Positions 53,928 through 64,000 of a stretch of 64,000 nucleotides of DNA are shown here, piece by piece. The notes beneath the pieces are model-generated. The model ran no database searches. It saw nothing but the letters and a program-made list of their open reading frames with translations, and was not told the DNA's origin. A program made the translations under genes and the position numbers. The stretch comes from a virus. Lineage: Duplodnaviria > Caudoviricetes. Within the stretch, counting starts at the first letter, position 1. Each line of letters starts with the position of its first letter. The stretch spans positions 8,376-72,375 of IMG/VR virus record IMGVR_UViG_3300011908_000001; one strand, written 5' to 3'.

Positions 53928-53996
53928 TCCTCCCGTAGAAGTGAGATTTTAGAATGTCACTGACACAGGTGTAACGATTACTACCACATGACGATA

Positions 53997-54032
53997 AAGG
54001 TGGGTGAGATATTACTCACTCGCCTTTTTATT
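53997..54032 (+). terminator. intrinsic terminator after the tail tube gene
   Basis: AAGGTGGGTGAG/CTCACTCGCCTT plus T-run. Confidence 0.8.
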
Positions 54033-54077
54033 TTGCAAGGAAGAACCTTACCTCGATTGGCAGGTTTTCTCCTATAC

Positions 54078-54106
54078 TTGACAAATAACCTATTGTATGC
54101 TATAAT
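54078..54106 (+). promoter_or_regulatory. perfect sigmaA promoter inside the structural region
   Basis: TTGACA-17-TATAAT with TG. Confidence 0.8.
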
Positions 54107-54150
54107 AGACTACGGATATCTTTTAATTTGCATACATAAAGGAGATAAAA

Positions 54151-54844
54151 ATGATTATACAATTTCAAGGTAAAAACAGGAATTTGAAAATGACATACTA
54201 CTCCATTCACTTGTTAGAGTTGGCTTTTCAACAACCTTACGCTAACTTCATTTTAGAGCAAACAAACTTCAACCAGTCATTATACTGTTTCTGGGCGATG
54301 ATTCAGAACGACAAAGATTTCGAAGGTTTATCAGTTCCCCAGATAGCTGACCTCTTGGACGACTCGTTGGAAAAAGGTGAGTTCACTTTAGAAGAGTATT
54401 TCGACAAGGTTAACAAAAGCTACTCAGATAGCTTGATCGTGCAACAACTATTTAAGAAGACAGGTTCGGACTCTAATCCCAGAGGACGGGGAGAGCGAAA
54501 CTCCCCTTCTCCAAGTAAGATACTTCTTGCAATTATGCGGAGACTTCGAGATTTCTCCAACAGAGTTTTGGCGAAGTACTCCGAATGAGTTCAACGGTCT
54601 GTTAAGAGGTAGTTTAATTCGTCAGAAAAGAGAGGCTGCTCTTGTGTTACCTCTTTACCAAACTAAGAAGAAGCTTAAAGTTAAAGATATTCTTGGGTGG
54701 GAACTTACTGATGAAGATGAAGGCTTTGGTACAGAGAAAGCTAAGAAAGCTAACGTGATGGATACCTTCGATTCCCTAGAAGAGAAGATTGCGTACAAGC
54801 GTGAGGAAATTAACGACCTGTTTGATTCCTTTGACGACTTCTAA
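54151..54844 (+). CDS. tail assembly chaperones G / GT (overlapping ORFs)
   Basis: Position before the tape measure gene; ISPTEFWRSTPNEF motif in the second frame. Confidence 0.8.
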
Positions 54845-54861
54845 AGGAGGATTTATCCTAC

Positions 54862-57800
54862 ATGGCAGATAATGAAATGCGAATAAAGATTGTTGTTGAC
54901 CAGTCGCAGTACCAGAGTGCGATGAAGAATATGGGACAGCAACAAGGGAATTTGATAAAGGGGTTCGGGGCTGCTGGTAAAGCTGGCGGACTCTTTGGTA
55001 AACAGGTTGCTGGTGGTATGAATGAAGCCACTGGTGCCACCAATAAAGGAATTAAAGCATGGTCAAGTTTTAACACTGGTTTCGGTACAGTTACCGCCGC
55101 TCTAAGTCCATTCACGTTAGCGATGCAAGCAGGAGGTAAGGCTATCGGCGCTGCTGGTGGCTTTATCAAAAGCTCACTGTCAGACTATGCCACCTTTGAA
55201 TCGACTCTGAAACAGGTTCAAATCATCGCTGGTGGTACAGATGCCGACATGAAGCTTCTTAGCGACACTGCAATCAAGCTTGGTGCCAACACCTCTATTG
55301 GTGCCCAAGAGGTAGCCAATGCGGAAATGGAGTTTGCTAAGTTAGGATTTACGGCTACTGAAACAGCCCAAGCTATGACAGGTATTGTGTACGCTGCTGA
55401 GGCTTCTGGTTCATCTATGGAGGTAACCTCAGGTATTGTAGCCTCTGCCTTGAACACTTGGAACTTAGGGGCTACAGAAGCTGAACACGTAGCCGACGTA
55501 CTATCTATGACTTCCAACAAAACAGCTGCCGATATGACAGACCTAGGGTATACCTTCCAATACGCTGGTGCCTCTGCAAAACTAGGTGGAGCCTCTATGG
55601 AACAGTTAGCAGCTTATACGGGTATCATGGCTGACCAAGGTATCAAGGGTTCTAAAGCGGGTACAACTTTACGTACAGCCTTTACTAACTTGACTTCACC
55701 TACTGAGGCTGCTGCTAGTGCATTAGACTCTTTAGGTATTAGCTTGAAAGATACCGATGGAAATGCTCGCCCTATTCCTTCTGTTATTGAGGATTTACAA
55801 GATGCTACTCAGAACCTCTCTGACTCAGAAATCTTAGACCTTTCAACTAAGCTCTTTGGTAAGACTGGTGCGGCTGGTATGTCAATGGTATTGAAACGTA
55901 CAAAAGATGAAACACGAGACCTTACTAACGAGTTGGTAAACTCCACTGGGACAGCTGCTGAGCAGGCTGCTAAAATGCGTGAGACATTAGCTGGACAGTT
56001 AGACCAAATCGGAGATGGTTTCAATACTCTAAAACTAAAAATTGGTGAGGCGTTTACCCCTCTGGCAACGGATGGTGCAAAAGCCGTTAACGGCGTACTG
56101 GATGGATTAACAGAGAAAGTCGACCAAGCCGCAGTATCCTTTAAAGGGTTCACAGAAAGTGCTAATTTCCAAGGGATGATAGGAAGCTTTGGAGAGTTAG
56201 GCTCAGCAGCTGGTGATTTTTTCAGTAAGATGTTAGGGAATGGTGGTTTTAGAGCCATTGCAGACGATGTTGTACAGTTTGCAACAGATGTTGCTAATGC
56301 TGGTACCTCATTTACTAACTTCCTTACGGAGTCTGGAGGAGCAATCGACTTCTTCGAGGATTTACAGGAAAAACTAAAGGGAGCTTCTAAAGCTATTGAG
56401 GAAGTCAACCCTCTTGCACAAGGTTTGAACAAGCTGTTTGGAGCTGATAAAACAGCGGAAGTTAAGAATCATTCTACAGAGATGGGTAAGTTCGCCTTGG
56501 CTATCCGTAACATGAATGTCAATGCCAAAGCTATTCAGACAGACCCCTTCTCAGCGTTTAACTTACCTAAAGCAGAAGCTGAAATGAGACTCATTGGAGA
56601 AACAATGAGCAAGCTTAATGAACAAGGTAGGAACTTCAAACTTATTGACGAGACCCAAGCAACAGCATTTACAGGGGCTACACAAACTATTCAACTAAGC
56701 TTAAATCAATTGACTGCTACAGTGGCTGCTGAGAATGCTAAGTTTGCCCAAGACCCTAGTTACAACCCTGCTGGTGCCTTGGCTAAGGCTACTCAAGAGG
56801 CGATGCCTGCCGTTCAGGAAGCGTTAGCCGCACAGTTAGAGACAACCCGTGTTGCAGGTGTTGAACAGTTGAACATCCTAACAGAGTTCATGGGTCAACA
56901 AACGATGCTTACGACCGACCAGCAACAACGTCTCTTAGCGGCTGTTCAAACTGGTAACCAACAACAGGTTGCTGAACAACAGTCACGTAACGCAGAGATA
57001 CTGAGTATTTATCAAAACTTATCAACCATGACTGTTGCAGAGCGTTCTGCAGGATTAGCAAGGATTGCTGAGCTAGAACGTCAAAACACTGCACAAGTAG
57101 TAGCAGAAGCTAATCTGCGGTCTGACTCAATCATCCAAACATTGGCGGCTCAAGTAGCTGCTACAGGAAGTCTTTCAGAACAGCAGAAAACGGCAGCTGT
57201 TACCGCCGCTAACCAACAGCGTGATGAAACTGTTAAAGCTGCCCAAGACACTTATGTTAAGCGTGTAGCAGCAATTCAGACCATGACCGATGAAGAGGTA
57301 GCAGCCTCTGGTAAGTCTCGTAGCGAGCTGATTAGGGCTGCTCAAGACACTATGATATCAACCGTTGGTTCGGCTGAGAATATGCGTTCTGAAACGGTCA
57401 GCAAGATTCAGGCAATCGCTGATAAAGCCGCTGAGGCTGATGGCTCTAAGATAGACATTGAAGCCTTGACAAGAGGTTTTGATGAAGCCGTCCAACAAAT
57501 GGATAGAGTTCTATCTTACAATGGTAAGACTGTTACAATCCCTGTTATGACTGTAACTGCAGCTGGTTCTGTGGATGCAGCTAAGGCAGCTGGGGGTCCC
57601 ATTCCTACTAAGGCTCGGGGTGGGTTGACAAGTGGTGTAGCAACTGCTTCTGGTACAGGCTCAGCCACTTTCCATGCAGGTGCTTCTGCCGCGGGTGTGG
57701 GTACACAGCTTGGTCAAGGAGGGTTCTCAATGTCAGGTGGTGGAGTCATCACTAACGAACGTGGTAGAGAGGTTACAATGCCTGTCAGCAACGCCACTTA

Positions 57801-57984
57801 CATGAGACCTTTCGCAAGGGCTATAGCCAATGAACTAGGTGCATCAGGACTTAGTGGAGGAGCTCAGGAGATTGTAGTTCCAGTTTACCTAAATGGTCGT
57901 GAGTTTGCAATCGCCACTAACAAGGATATGACTACTGAACAGTCTAAGTATAAATCTATGAAAAACCGTGCAAAAGGAAAATAG
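54862..57984 (+). CDS. tape measure protein (TP901 family)
   Basis: Ala/Gly-rich; core with AQEVANA...AKLGF, YTFQYAG, KAGTTLR. Confidence 0.93.
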   Translation: MADNEMRIKIVVDQSQYQSAMKNMGQQQGNLIKGFGAAGKAGGLFGKQVAGGMNEATGATNKGIKAWSSFNTGFGTVTAALSPFTLAMQAGGKAIGAAGGFIKSSLSDYATFESTLKQVQIIAGGTDADMKLLSDTAIKLGANTSIGAQEVANAEMEFAKLGFTATETAQAMTGIVYAAEASGSSMEVTSGIVASALNTWNLGATEAEHVADVLSMTSNKTAADMTDLGYTFQYAGASAKLGGASMEQLAAYTGIMADQGIKGSKAGTTLRTAFTNLTSPTEAAASALDSLGISLKDTDGNARPIPSVIEDLQDATQNLSDSEILDLSTKLFGKTGAAGMSMVLKRTKDETRDLTNELVNSTGTAAEQAAKMRETLAGQLDQIGDGFNTLKLKIGEAFTPLATDGAKAVNGVLDGLTEKVDQAAVSFKGFTESANFQGMIGSFGELGSAAGDFFSKMLGNGGFRAIADDVVQFATDVANAGTSFTNFLTESGGAIDFFEDLQEKLKGASKAIEEVNPLAQGLNKLFGADKTAEVKNHSTEMGKFALAIRNMNVNAKAIQTDPFSAFNLPKAEAEMRLIGETMSKLNEQGRNFKLIDETQATAFTGATQTIQLSLNQLTATVAAENAKFAQDPSYNPAGALAKATQEAMPAVQEALAAQLETTRVAGVEQLNILTEFMGQQTMLTTDQQQRLLAAVQTGNQQQVAEQQSRNAEILSIYQNLSTMTVAERSAGLARIAELERQNTAQVVAEANLRSDSIIQTLAAQVAATGSLSEQQKTAAVTAANQQRDETVKAAQDTYVKRVAAIQTMTDEEVAASGKSRSELIRAAQDTMISTVGSAENMRSETVSKIQAIADKAAEADGSKIDIEALTRGFDEAVQQMDRVLSYNGKTVTIPVMTVTAAGSVDAAKAAGGPIPTKARGGLTSGVATASGTGSATFHAGASAAGVGTQLGQGGFSMSGGGVITNERGREVTMPVSNATYMRPFARAIANELGASGLSGGAQEIVVPVYLNGREFAIATNKDMTTEQSKYKSMKNRAKGK

Positions 57985-57997
57985 GAGGAATTAACAT

Positions 57998-60900
57998 ATG
58001 CCATGCTCACACAAACCAGTTAACAGACCTTACGACTTCATGAACCTCTCCCCTGCGTATCAGTGGGGGATTGGTCGTGTAGCAGGATACACACACTTTG
58101 ACCAAGCAGAATTTAGCCCTTTGGTAGGAGAGTCTCGTGTCGATTGGGAAATTAACTTCAATGAAAAAGCTTCTGGAAAAACAAGTCCCCATAAGATTAC
58201 TGTAGAAAACAAAGACCATATCTTTCACTACAACGTATTAAGAGGCTCTCGATTCCTAGCGAGCCCAGTCATGTTGTTCAATGGGGCTCAATACGTACAG
58301 AACTCCCCTAGGGATGATTCTGCAAGAGCAATGACCCAAGAAGAGGGTCAAGGCTTAATGTTCTATTGGGACGATTTTATAGGTGAATACGGGGTAGTCC
58401 GAGCTGGTGATGAGTTAACTATCACGGTTGACGTAAGACTTAATGGGTCTGTGGAAGAAAACGGAGGTAGTGCCTCTGAACTAGTTAGGTTGAAAGCTAC
58501 TCCGAACTTCTCAGAGCCTGACCAAGTCTCTGCCCAAGAAATTGGGGGCGGGTTTACAAGGGTTATCTTCAAAACAACTATTATCAACACTGAGTGGTTA
58601 CCCGACGAAGGGTGGGGAGATCAGTGGGGAGTGGTTAATCCTCCTGTTCCTGACCGTACAGGACGTACTTGGCATAAAGACCGCTTGATAGGTGTTGTGC
58701 AAAACGTTGACAATGTTCAGCTTGAAATGACTCGACCCCAAGTATCTCGTGAAGGTTATATAGACTACCGAGAAGCTTCGTCTGACATAATTACAACTAA
58801 CCAATTTAAATGGGATGGCTTCAAGAAAGGTTATCGCCTTTTGAATGACGGAAAATATACTAAATCAAGCTTCCAATACGAGTGGGCTGATCCTACTTTC
58901 AAGGCTATTCCATCGGATAGTGGATGGCAACGTATTAAAACCTTTACTGTAATGAAATTTACTAAGTTGCCATTTAAAACTCCTTCTGGAGAAGATCCCA
59001 ACAACGTGTATGGCAAGGTGTCATGGTACTCAAGTAATTCTGAGGATTCTATTATCCGTTCAGACATCTTCTCTCAAGAGGATGGGTTATACGGTGGTAA
59101 GTTATCCGTTATTAAAATACCTGATGGAGCCAAGTACTTCCGACTTCACGTAACAGGGTATTCCCAACAGGCGGTAGATTTCCGGATGGGGTTTAATGAT
59201 ATCTCATATGTACACACCTCGTCAGCGACTTCTGAAATCACTCAAGAGATGTACGAGGGTGTTACAAAGATGCTTGACGGCAAAACTGCTAAAGCCTATG
59301 CTGATAATTACTATGAGCGTGTTAAAGTAGATTACCGAATAGACCTTATTGCAGAGATTAAGAAAGTGTTTCCTAAGGCGTTCGATGGGCTTGACCTAAC
59401 ACAGTCTGTAGAGCTTGTACGCTCGATAGCATATATGATGAAGCTTACTGCAACGGCTCGTGGGGGTGACGATGACAATGTCATGCACTGGCACATGAAG
59501 AATAAGGACAATGTAGCGGGGGGTATCCACGGATTCAAAGGTGAAAAACTTACAACTTATACCCACCTAAGTACTTGGCAAGATTGGATTCAGGATGACG
59601 GAACTCTATGGGGATATTTCTACACAGAAGCTCCCGAAGAAGGGGTTGGTCAACAAGCTTGGGTGGAGCTGGATTACTTTAAGATTGACATGTCTATTGT
59701 GGCTGCTAACTCTGACATAGCTAATTGGGACTACCAGTCTTCGGACTCTAGGTATACGATGACTTCTATTGACACTCCGATGATGCGTACCGAAGAGAAC
59801 ATGCAGAACTCATCTGTGCAGGTTACTCATGGTTACGATATCTACGGAGAGGTTATGAAACAGTACCCTGAGTTCTTTGGCGATTGCTACACCTATGAGG
59901 ACTGCATTACTAAGCTTAACGAACGGATTAAGTCATTAACCTTTGAAGTAGAGTCTTATATCCCCGACCCCGACGTAGGAGGAGAAGGGTATGTGAACTT
60001 TGTAGTAGAGGCTGCTGACCGTATCCGAGACTCGAAAACAAGGTTAGCTAAAAACACTCAGAATTTCATTACTGTAAGCAACGAGCGAGGAAACTTCATT
60101 AAGGATAATGGTTATATCTACTTAGGTGGAGAAAGACCTCCAGAAGACCGTAACATAGAGTTGGGTATTATGTCAAATATTACCTTCCAATTATGGATGG
60201 ATAGAAAGTACGATAGTGACAAACGTATCTTCCGCTATAACAAGAAGAAACAGCCTTGGTTCCTGTTTGTAAGAGACATCAAACGCTCTGTCCTTCCCCC
60301 TAAAATTAACAACTTAGTGGATATGAATAGAGGTCGTAATCGCTACTCATATGGTCAGACAGAAGCTGCTCGAACAATAACATTGAGTTGCTTTATAAAA
60401 GCCGAAAGTGAAGAAGAATTGGCTCCTCTTTTAGAAGAATTAGCTGACTATTTAGACGTCGGAGAAACCACCCTACAACTATACGATTCACCTGAACGTG
60501 TATATAAAGTAGTCCTTGATGGAACGACTGACATTTCGCAGACACTTCACATGGGTGAAATAACATTAAATCTGATTTTATTGGACAATTATGCGATCGG
60601 GAAGGAAGTTGTAGTTAGAGAGAGCTATTCGGAAGATACTAGTATTCCTTTCTTGCAACTTAAGAATGAGGGTACAGCACCTACTCATCCGAAATATCTA
60701 TTGGACTTCAAGAAAGACTCCCAATTCGTTGATTTGATTGGTGAGCAAGAGTCTGCCAATATTTCAATCGGTAGACGTACTAAGTCTTCTCCGGCAGATA
60801 CTAACAAGAACCTTCGACCACGTGTCTTCTACTCTAGGTTTATAAACGACGATGGAGCTGGCTGGATAAACCTTAGTGACACTCTTATGCCACAGTACAT

Positions 60901-61762
60901 TGAAACTCAAAAGCCTACGTTAAGTGGTTCCATTCAACGCTCTAACGGAATGATGAACCTCAATGGGTGGAAGTATGGTGACAACAAAGTCGCAGGGCTT
61001 CATGGTCACGGCGTTATCGGAACCCTTAAAAAGAATGTTAACAACTTCGTGTGTGAGATAACTCCTGCCATCTACGGTAACAGCCCTAAGAACTCGTTGA
61101 ATGCTATCTACGTAATTTTCTATGATGAGGTCAACAACCCTATCTGCCATGCTAAGATTGGTACTAGACCAGAGGACGGAAACATTGATATGTACCTCCT
61201 AGAGGAGGGTAACACGGCTAACTGGGGTCGTTTCCACCAGTCTAATGGAAACAAGTGGGATGACTTCAAGGGTAAGTTTGTCATTGAGCGTAAGAACAAT
61301 AAGTGGAGACTAACGGCAGGTCAGTACAGAAACCGTAAGTTTGACCCCGCTCCAGAGTCTAGCTTCAACCTTGGTACCAGCATGTTGAAAGACACTAAGA
61401 CTACCGGTTGGGTAAATCTTCCAACTGAGACTTGGGATAGACCTGTAGCACGAGTAGGGCTTTACTTAGCTACTTGGAAAGACCGTCCGTTGGCAAGTCA
61501 CTTGTCTGTTCGTAGATGTATCGTGTGGGAAGACTTAACAGAGGATTCTATCAACCCTCAAGAGAAGCCTATCATCATCAACTCAGGTGACCAAGTTCTA
61601 GTTGACTCAGAGAAGGGTCAAGTTTACTTGAACGGTGTCCTTACCCCTAAGTTGGTCGACCCGATGACGGATTGGTTCTCTGTTGATAAAGGCGATAACT
61701 TAATTGGAGTTAATAACTTCGTTGGAGATTTGACAGTAATTTATAATGAACGATTTAAATAG
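57998..61762 (+). CDS. very large distal tail (Dit) protein with ~740-aa N-terminal extension
   Basis: Dit-like core from about aa 741 (RSVLPP...RTITL...ELADYL...PERVY), C-terminal VIYNERF. Confidence 0.75.
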   Translation: MPCSHKPVNRPYDFMNLSPAYQWGIGRVAGYTHFDQAEFSPLVGESRVDWEINFNEKASGKTSPHKITVENKDHIFHYNVLRGSRFLASPVMLFNGAQYVQNSPRDDSARAMTQEEGQGLMFYWDDFIGEYGVVRAGDELTITVDVRLNGSVEENGGSASELVRLKATPNFSEPDQVSAQEIGGGFTRVIFKTTIINTEWLPDEGWGDQWGVVNPPVPDRTGRTWHKDRLIGVVQNVDNVQLEMTRPQVSREGYIDYREASSDIITTNQFKWDGFKKGYRLLNDGKYTKSSFQYEWADPTFKAIPSDSGWQRIKTFTVMKFTKLPFKTPSGEDPNNVYGKVSWYSSNSEDSIIRSDIFSQEDGLYGGKLSVIKIPDGAKYFRLHVTGYSQQAVDFRMGFNDISYVHTSSATSEITQEMYEGVTKMLDGKTAKAYADNYYERVKVDYRIDLIAEIKKVFPKAFDGLDLTQSVELVRSIAYMMKLTATARGGDDDNVMHWHMKNKDNVAGGIHGFKGEKLTTYTHLSTWQDWIQDDGTLWGYFYTEAPEEGVGQQAWVELDYFKIDMSIVAANSDIANWDYQSSDSRYTMTSIDTPMMRTEENMQNSSVQVTHGYDIYGEVMKQYPEFFGDCYTYEDCITKLNERIKSLTFEVESYIPDPDVGGEGYVNFVVEAADRIRDSKTRLAKNTQNFITVSNERGNFIKDNGYIYLGGERPPEDRNIELGIMSNITFQLWMDRKYDSDKRIFRYNKKKQPWFLFVRDIKRSVLPPKINNLVDMNRGRNRYSYGQTEAARTITLSCFIKAESEEELAPLLEELADYLDVGETTLQLYDSPERVYKVVLDGTTDISQTLHMGEITLNLILLDNYAIGKEVVVRESYSEDTSIPFLQLKNEGTAPTHPKYLLDFKKDSQFVDLIGEQESANISIGRRTKSSPADTNKNLRPRVFYSRFINDDGAGWINLSDTLMPQYIETQKPTLSGSIQRSNGMMNLNGWKYGDNKVAGLHGHGVIGTLKKNVNNFVCEITPAIYGNSPKNSLNAIYVIFYDEVNNPICHAKIGTRPEDGNIDMYLLEEGNTANWGRFHQSNGNKWDDFKGKFVIERKNNKWRLTAGQYRNRKFDPAPESSFNLGTSMLKDTKTTGWVNLPTETWDRPVARVGLYLATWKDRPLASHLSVRRCIVWEDLTEDSINPQEKPIIINSGDQVLVDSEKGQVYLNGVLTPKLVDPMTDWFSVDKGDNLIGVNNFVGDLTVIYNERFK

Positions 61763-61773
61763 GAGGAAGTTGC

Positions 61774-64000
61774 ATGATTACAATTAGAAGCATTAATGGA
61801 GAAATTCTTACACACTTTGACAATAGTGTTCCTAATGGTAATCCGTACTTCGAACCAGTGATGACAGATGATATGGAGAGCTTGGTTTCAAGCTTCTCCT
61901 TTTCTGTTCCATTGGAGTTAGAAGATACGGTTTATCTACAGGGGCTCAACCAAGTACTAACAAAAGACCGTCACGGAGACTTACGGTTATTCATCATCAC
62001 GGATGTGTATGAGGAATGGACTACTGTAGGGGGTATTGTTCGAGTTGAGTGTGAGGATATTTCCATTTCTGAGATGAATGACATTGTCGTTAATCCTTTT
62101 AACGGTATAAATTTCAACGACACACTCTACAAGACTTTCGAGGGTTCTGGATGGAAGTTGGAATACGGAGCCAACTGGGAAGATGTTGACAATACTACGA
62201 TGGTTTTAGAAGAGTATGACAACATGCGTAGTGTGATTGCTTCTATTGTTGATACATATGGCTGTCAATTCAAGTTTAAGGCACAAGAAAACCAGTATGG
62301 TGAAATCACTAGAGTGGCGGAAGTATACAAAACTAGGGGTACTGATACCGGTAAGTATTTCTACTATGATAGAGACCTTTTAGGCATTGAGAGAGACATC
62401 CAACATTCCAATATCAAGACCGCTATACATGCCTACTACACAGGTTACAACGGAAAGACTTACACGCTTAATAACTTTGTTCCTGTCAACCCTGACCCTG
62501 ACTTTCGCAAGGATAAGAACTCTACACTAATCATCAACAAAGAAGCCTCTAAGCTTTATGACGATGGAAACTCCTATCGCATCATACCTTATAAAGCTCA
62601 AGTTGAAGGTGACCCTGAGCTAGTTTACCGAGAAGCCATTAAAGAGCTTAAAAAGTATGCTGAGCCAATCTATACTTACAAGGTTAATGTAATTCTTCTT
62701 CAAAACCTCCATGGATGGGATGGGGAGGATATTGAACTAGGCGACACAGTGTGGATGAAAGAGCGTGTGGGAAATCGTGAGCTAGGTTTGGAAGCACGTG
62801 TAACAGCTTATGAATATCATGAGGATGACCCTTCATCTGACGTTGTAACATTCAGTAACTTTAGAGAGATTGACACGACTGATGCAAAGGAGATTGCTGA
62901 GCGTGTATTCATCGCCTATGCTAACTCTCCTGACGGCAGAGTTGACTTCTCTATTGATGACAGTACTAACAGAGCTTACATGGGTGTCTACACTTCTGCT
63001 ACACGTACTCAGTCACCAGACCCTGACACCTACACATGGAGCCGTACTAAAGGTGAAGATGGTAACAGTGCCCCTTCGCTAGACTTGACAGCCTCTCAAC
63101 AGGTTATGAAACTCAAGGCGGACGGGACTCCTGATGGTGCTCAGACGATTACTTTCGCAGCTACTAAACAGAATAGTACCACAGCTGTTGTATGGGAAGC
63201 TATTCCTTATAAAGGTAACTTAGAACAGCCTGCTATCACGCTTGGTGGAACTGGTGATGTTAGGACTTTAACCAGCGCTCAATGGGATAAGGACTGGACT
63301 CGTTTACAAGTGACTGTTACCATGGGTAACCTGAAAGATATTCAAACTATTGTAATGGTATCAGATGGTGCTACAGGGGCTTCTGGAACGGCGATAGTTG
63401 GGTTTCTTACAAATGAGTCAACCACCTTTGCAGCTAACCCAGAAGGCGTTGTAGATGACTATTCTAATGGTAGTGGTCGATTCGTCATTTATGAGGGGAC
63501 TAAAGAGGTTACTTCTGGAGTTGCCTATACTAAGGTATCCAGTGTAGGTATTAACTTTTTGATAAATGCTACTACAGGTGAGTACATTGTTTCTAACATG
63601 ACCCAAGACCATGCTCAAGCAGTTGTTAAGGCGGTCTACAAAGAAGTTACCATTACCAAGTTCCTGAGCTTTGCTAAGTCTAAACAGGGGGCTAAGGGTG
63701 ACAGAGGAGACCAAGGCATCGCTGGTGAAAAGGGTGTAGACGGTAAAACTCAATATACACACATCGCATACGCTGATGATGCTAATGGGGGAGGGTTCTC
63801 ACAAGACCCTGCAAATAAAGCATATATTGGGATGTATGTAGACTTTGAGGAGATGGACTCTACTGACCCTAAAAAATATGCTTGGAGCCTTATTAAAGGT
63901 GCTGATGGAAAACAAGGTGTAGCTGGTCAAAAAGGGGAAGACGGACGTACTCCATACTTCCACACGGCTTACATTAACGACACTGATTTTGGTACTTATG
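61774..64000 (+). CDS. tail-associated (Tal/endopeptidase-like) host-specificity protein, truncated by window edge
   Basis: AGGAGG RBS, MITIRSINGEIL...; collagen-like GAKGDRGDQGIAGEKGVDG and YTHIAYAD/YAWSLIKG repeats; absent from the ORF track because it has no stop in the window. Confidence 0.85.
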   Translation, partial: MITIRSINGEILTHFDNSVPNGNPYFEPVMTDDMESLVSSFSFSVPLELEDTVYLQGLNQVLTKDRHGDLRLFIITDVYEEWTTVGGIVRVECEDISISEMNDIVVNPFNGINFNDTLYKTFEGSGWKLEYGANWEDVDNTTMVLEEYDNMRSVIASIVDTYGCQFKFKAQENQYGEITRVAEVYKTRGTDTGKYFYYDRDLLGIERDIQHSNIKTAIHAYYTGYNGKTYTLNNFVPVNPDPDFRKDKNSTLIINKEASKLYDDGNSYRIIPYKAQVEGDPELVYREAIKELKKYAEPIYTYKVNVILLQNLHGWDGEDIELGDTVWMKERVGNRELGLEARVTAYEYHEDDPSSDVVTFSNFREIDTTDAKEIAERVFIAYANSPDGRVDFSIDDSTNRAYMGVYTSATRTQSPDPDTYTWSRTKGEDGNSAPSLDLTASQQVMKLKADGTPDGAQTITFAATKQNSTTAVVWEAIPYKGNLEQPAITLGGTGDVRTLTSAQWDKDWTRLQVTVTMGNLKDIQTIVMVSDGATGASGTAIVGFLTNESTTFAANPEGVVDDYSNGSGRFVIYEGTKEVTSGVAYTKVSSVGINFLINATTGEYIVSNMTQDHAQAVVKAVYKEVTITKFLSFAKSKQGAKGDRGDQGIAGEKGVDGKTQYTHIAYADDANGGGFSQDPANKAYIGMYVDFEEMDSTDPKKYAWSLIKGADGKQGVAGQKGEDGRTPYFHTAYINDTDFGTY

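Noticed and set aside
53950-53952. Genome-wide TAG reassignment
   Set aside because: Well-defined genes (capsid, primase-upstream ORF, terminator and connector genes) end cleanly at TAG, and no suppressor tRNA is seen.
947-63762. Many short ORF-track entries antisense to or overlapping long genes (e.g. 947-1153, 19462-19788, 50689-51081, 55809-56432, 63418-63762)
   Set aside because: Shadow frames of real genes with no RBS or recognisable motif.

Overview
Part of a large, probably lytic, long-tailed dsDNA phage (siphovirus gene order) of a low-GC Gram-positive host. Enterococcus or a relative is my inference from DUF1642-like genes, Ig-like virion domains and sigmaA promoters; it is not proven. 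1-25 kb (+): replication and nucleotide-metabolism genes (SSB, primase, helicase loader, DnaB, PolA split by a group I intron with an HNH gene, exonuclease, RuvC, two nucleotide kinases, a sigma-like factor) and a 1.7-kb RNA locus. 25-31 kb: an early/host-takeover-like cassette between two long non-coding tracts. 31-45 kb (-): accessory genes, two promoter/terminator-bounded ORF-less cassettes, dUTPase and a BppU-SGNH protein. 45-64 kb (+): terminase to tail genes. The top observation is at 3.0-4.5 kb. A tRNA-shaped RNA (3620-4162) carries a complete HNH ORF in place of its anticodon loop. A 16-bp helix between the ORF start and ORF end closes that loop and hides the RBS and start codon. It sits inside a larger structured RNA region, with two more aberrant tRNA-like elements, a tRNA-Cys and a nearby RNA ligase gene. 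Also notable: the polA intron appears to end in A rather than the usual G, and there is a probable cascade of -1/+1 frameshifts in the capsid, tail-tube and tail-chaperone genes. All folds and family calls were made by eye; no searches or folding programs were run.
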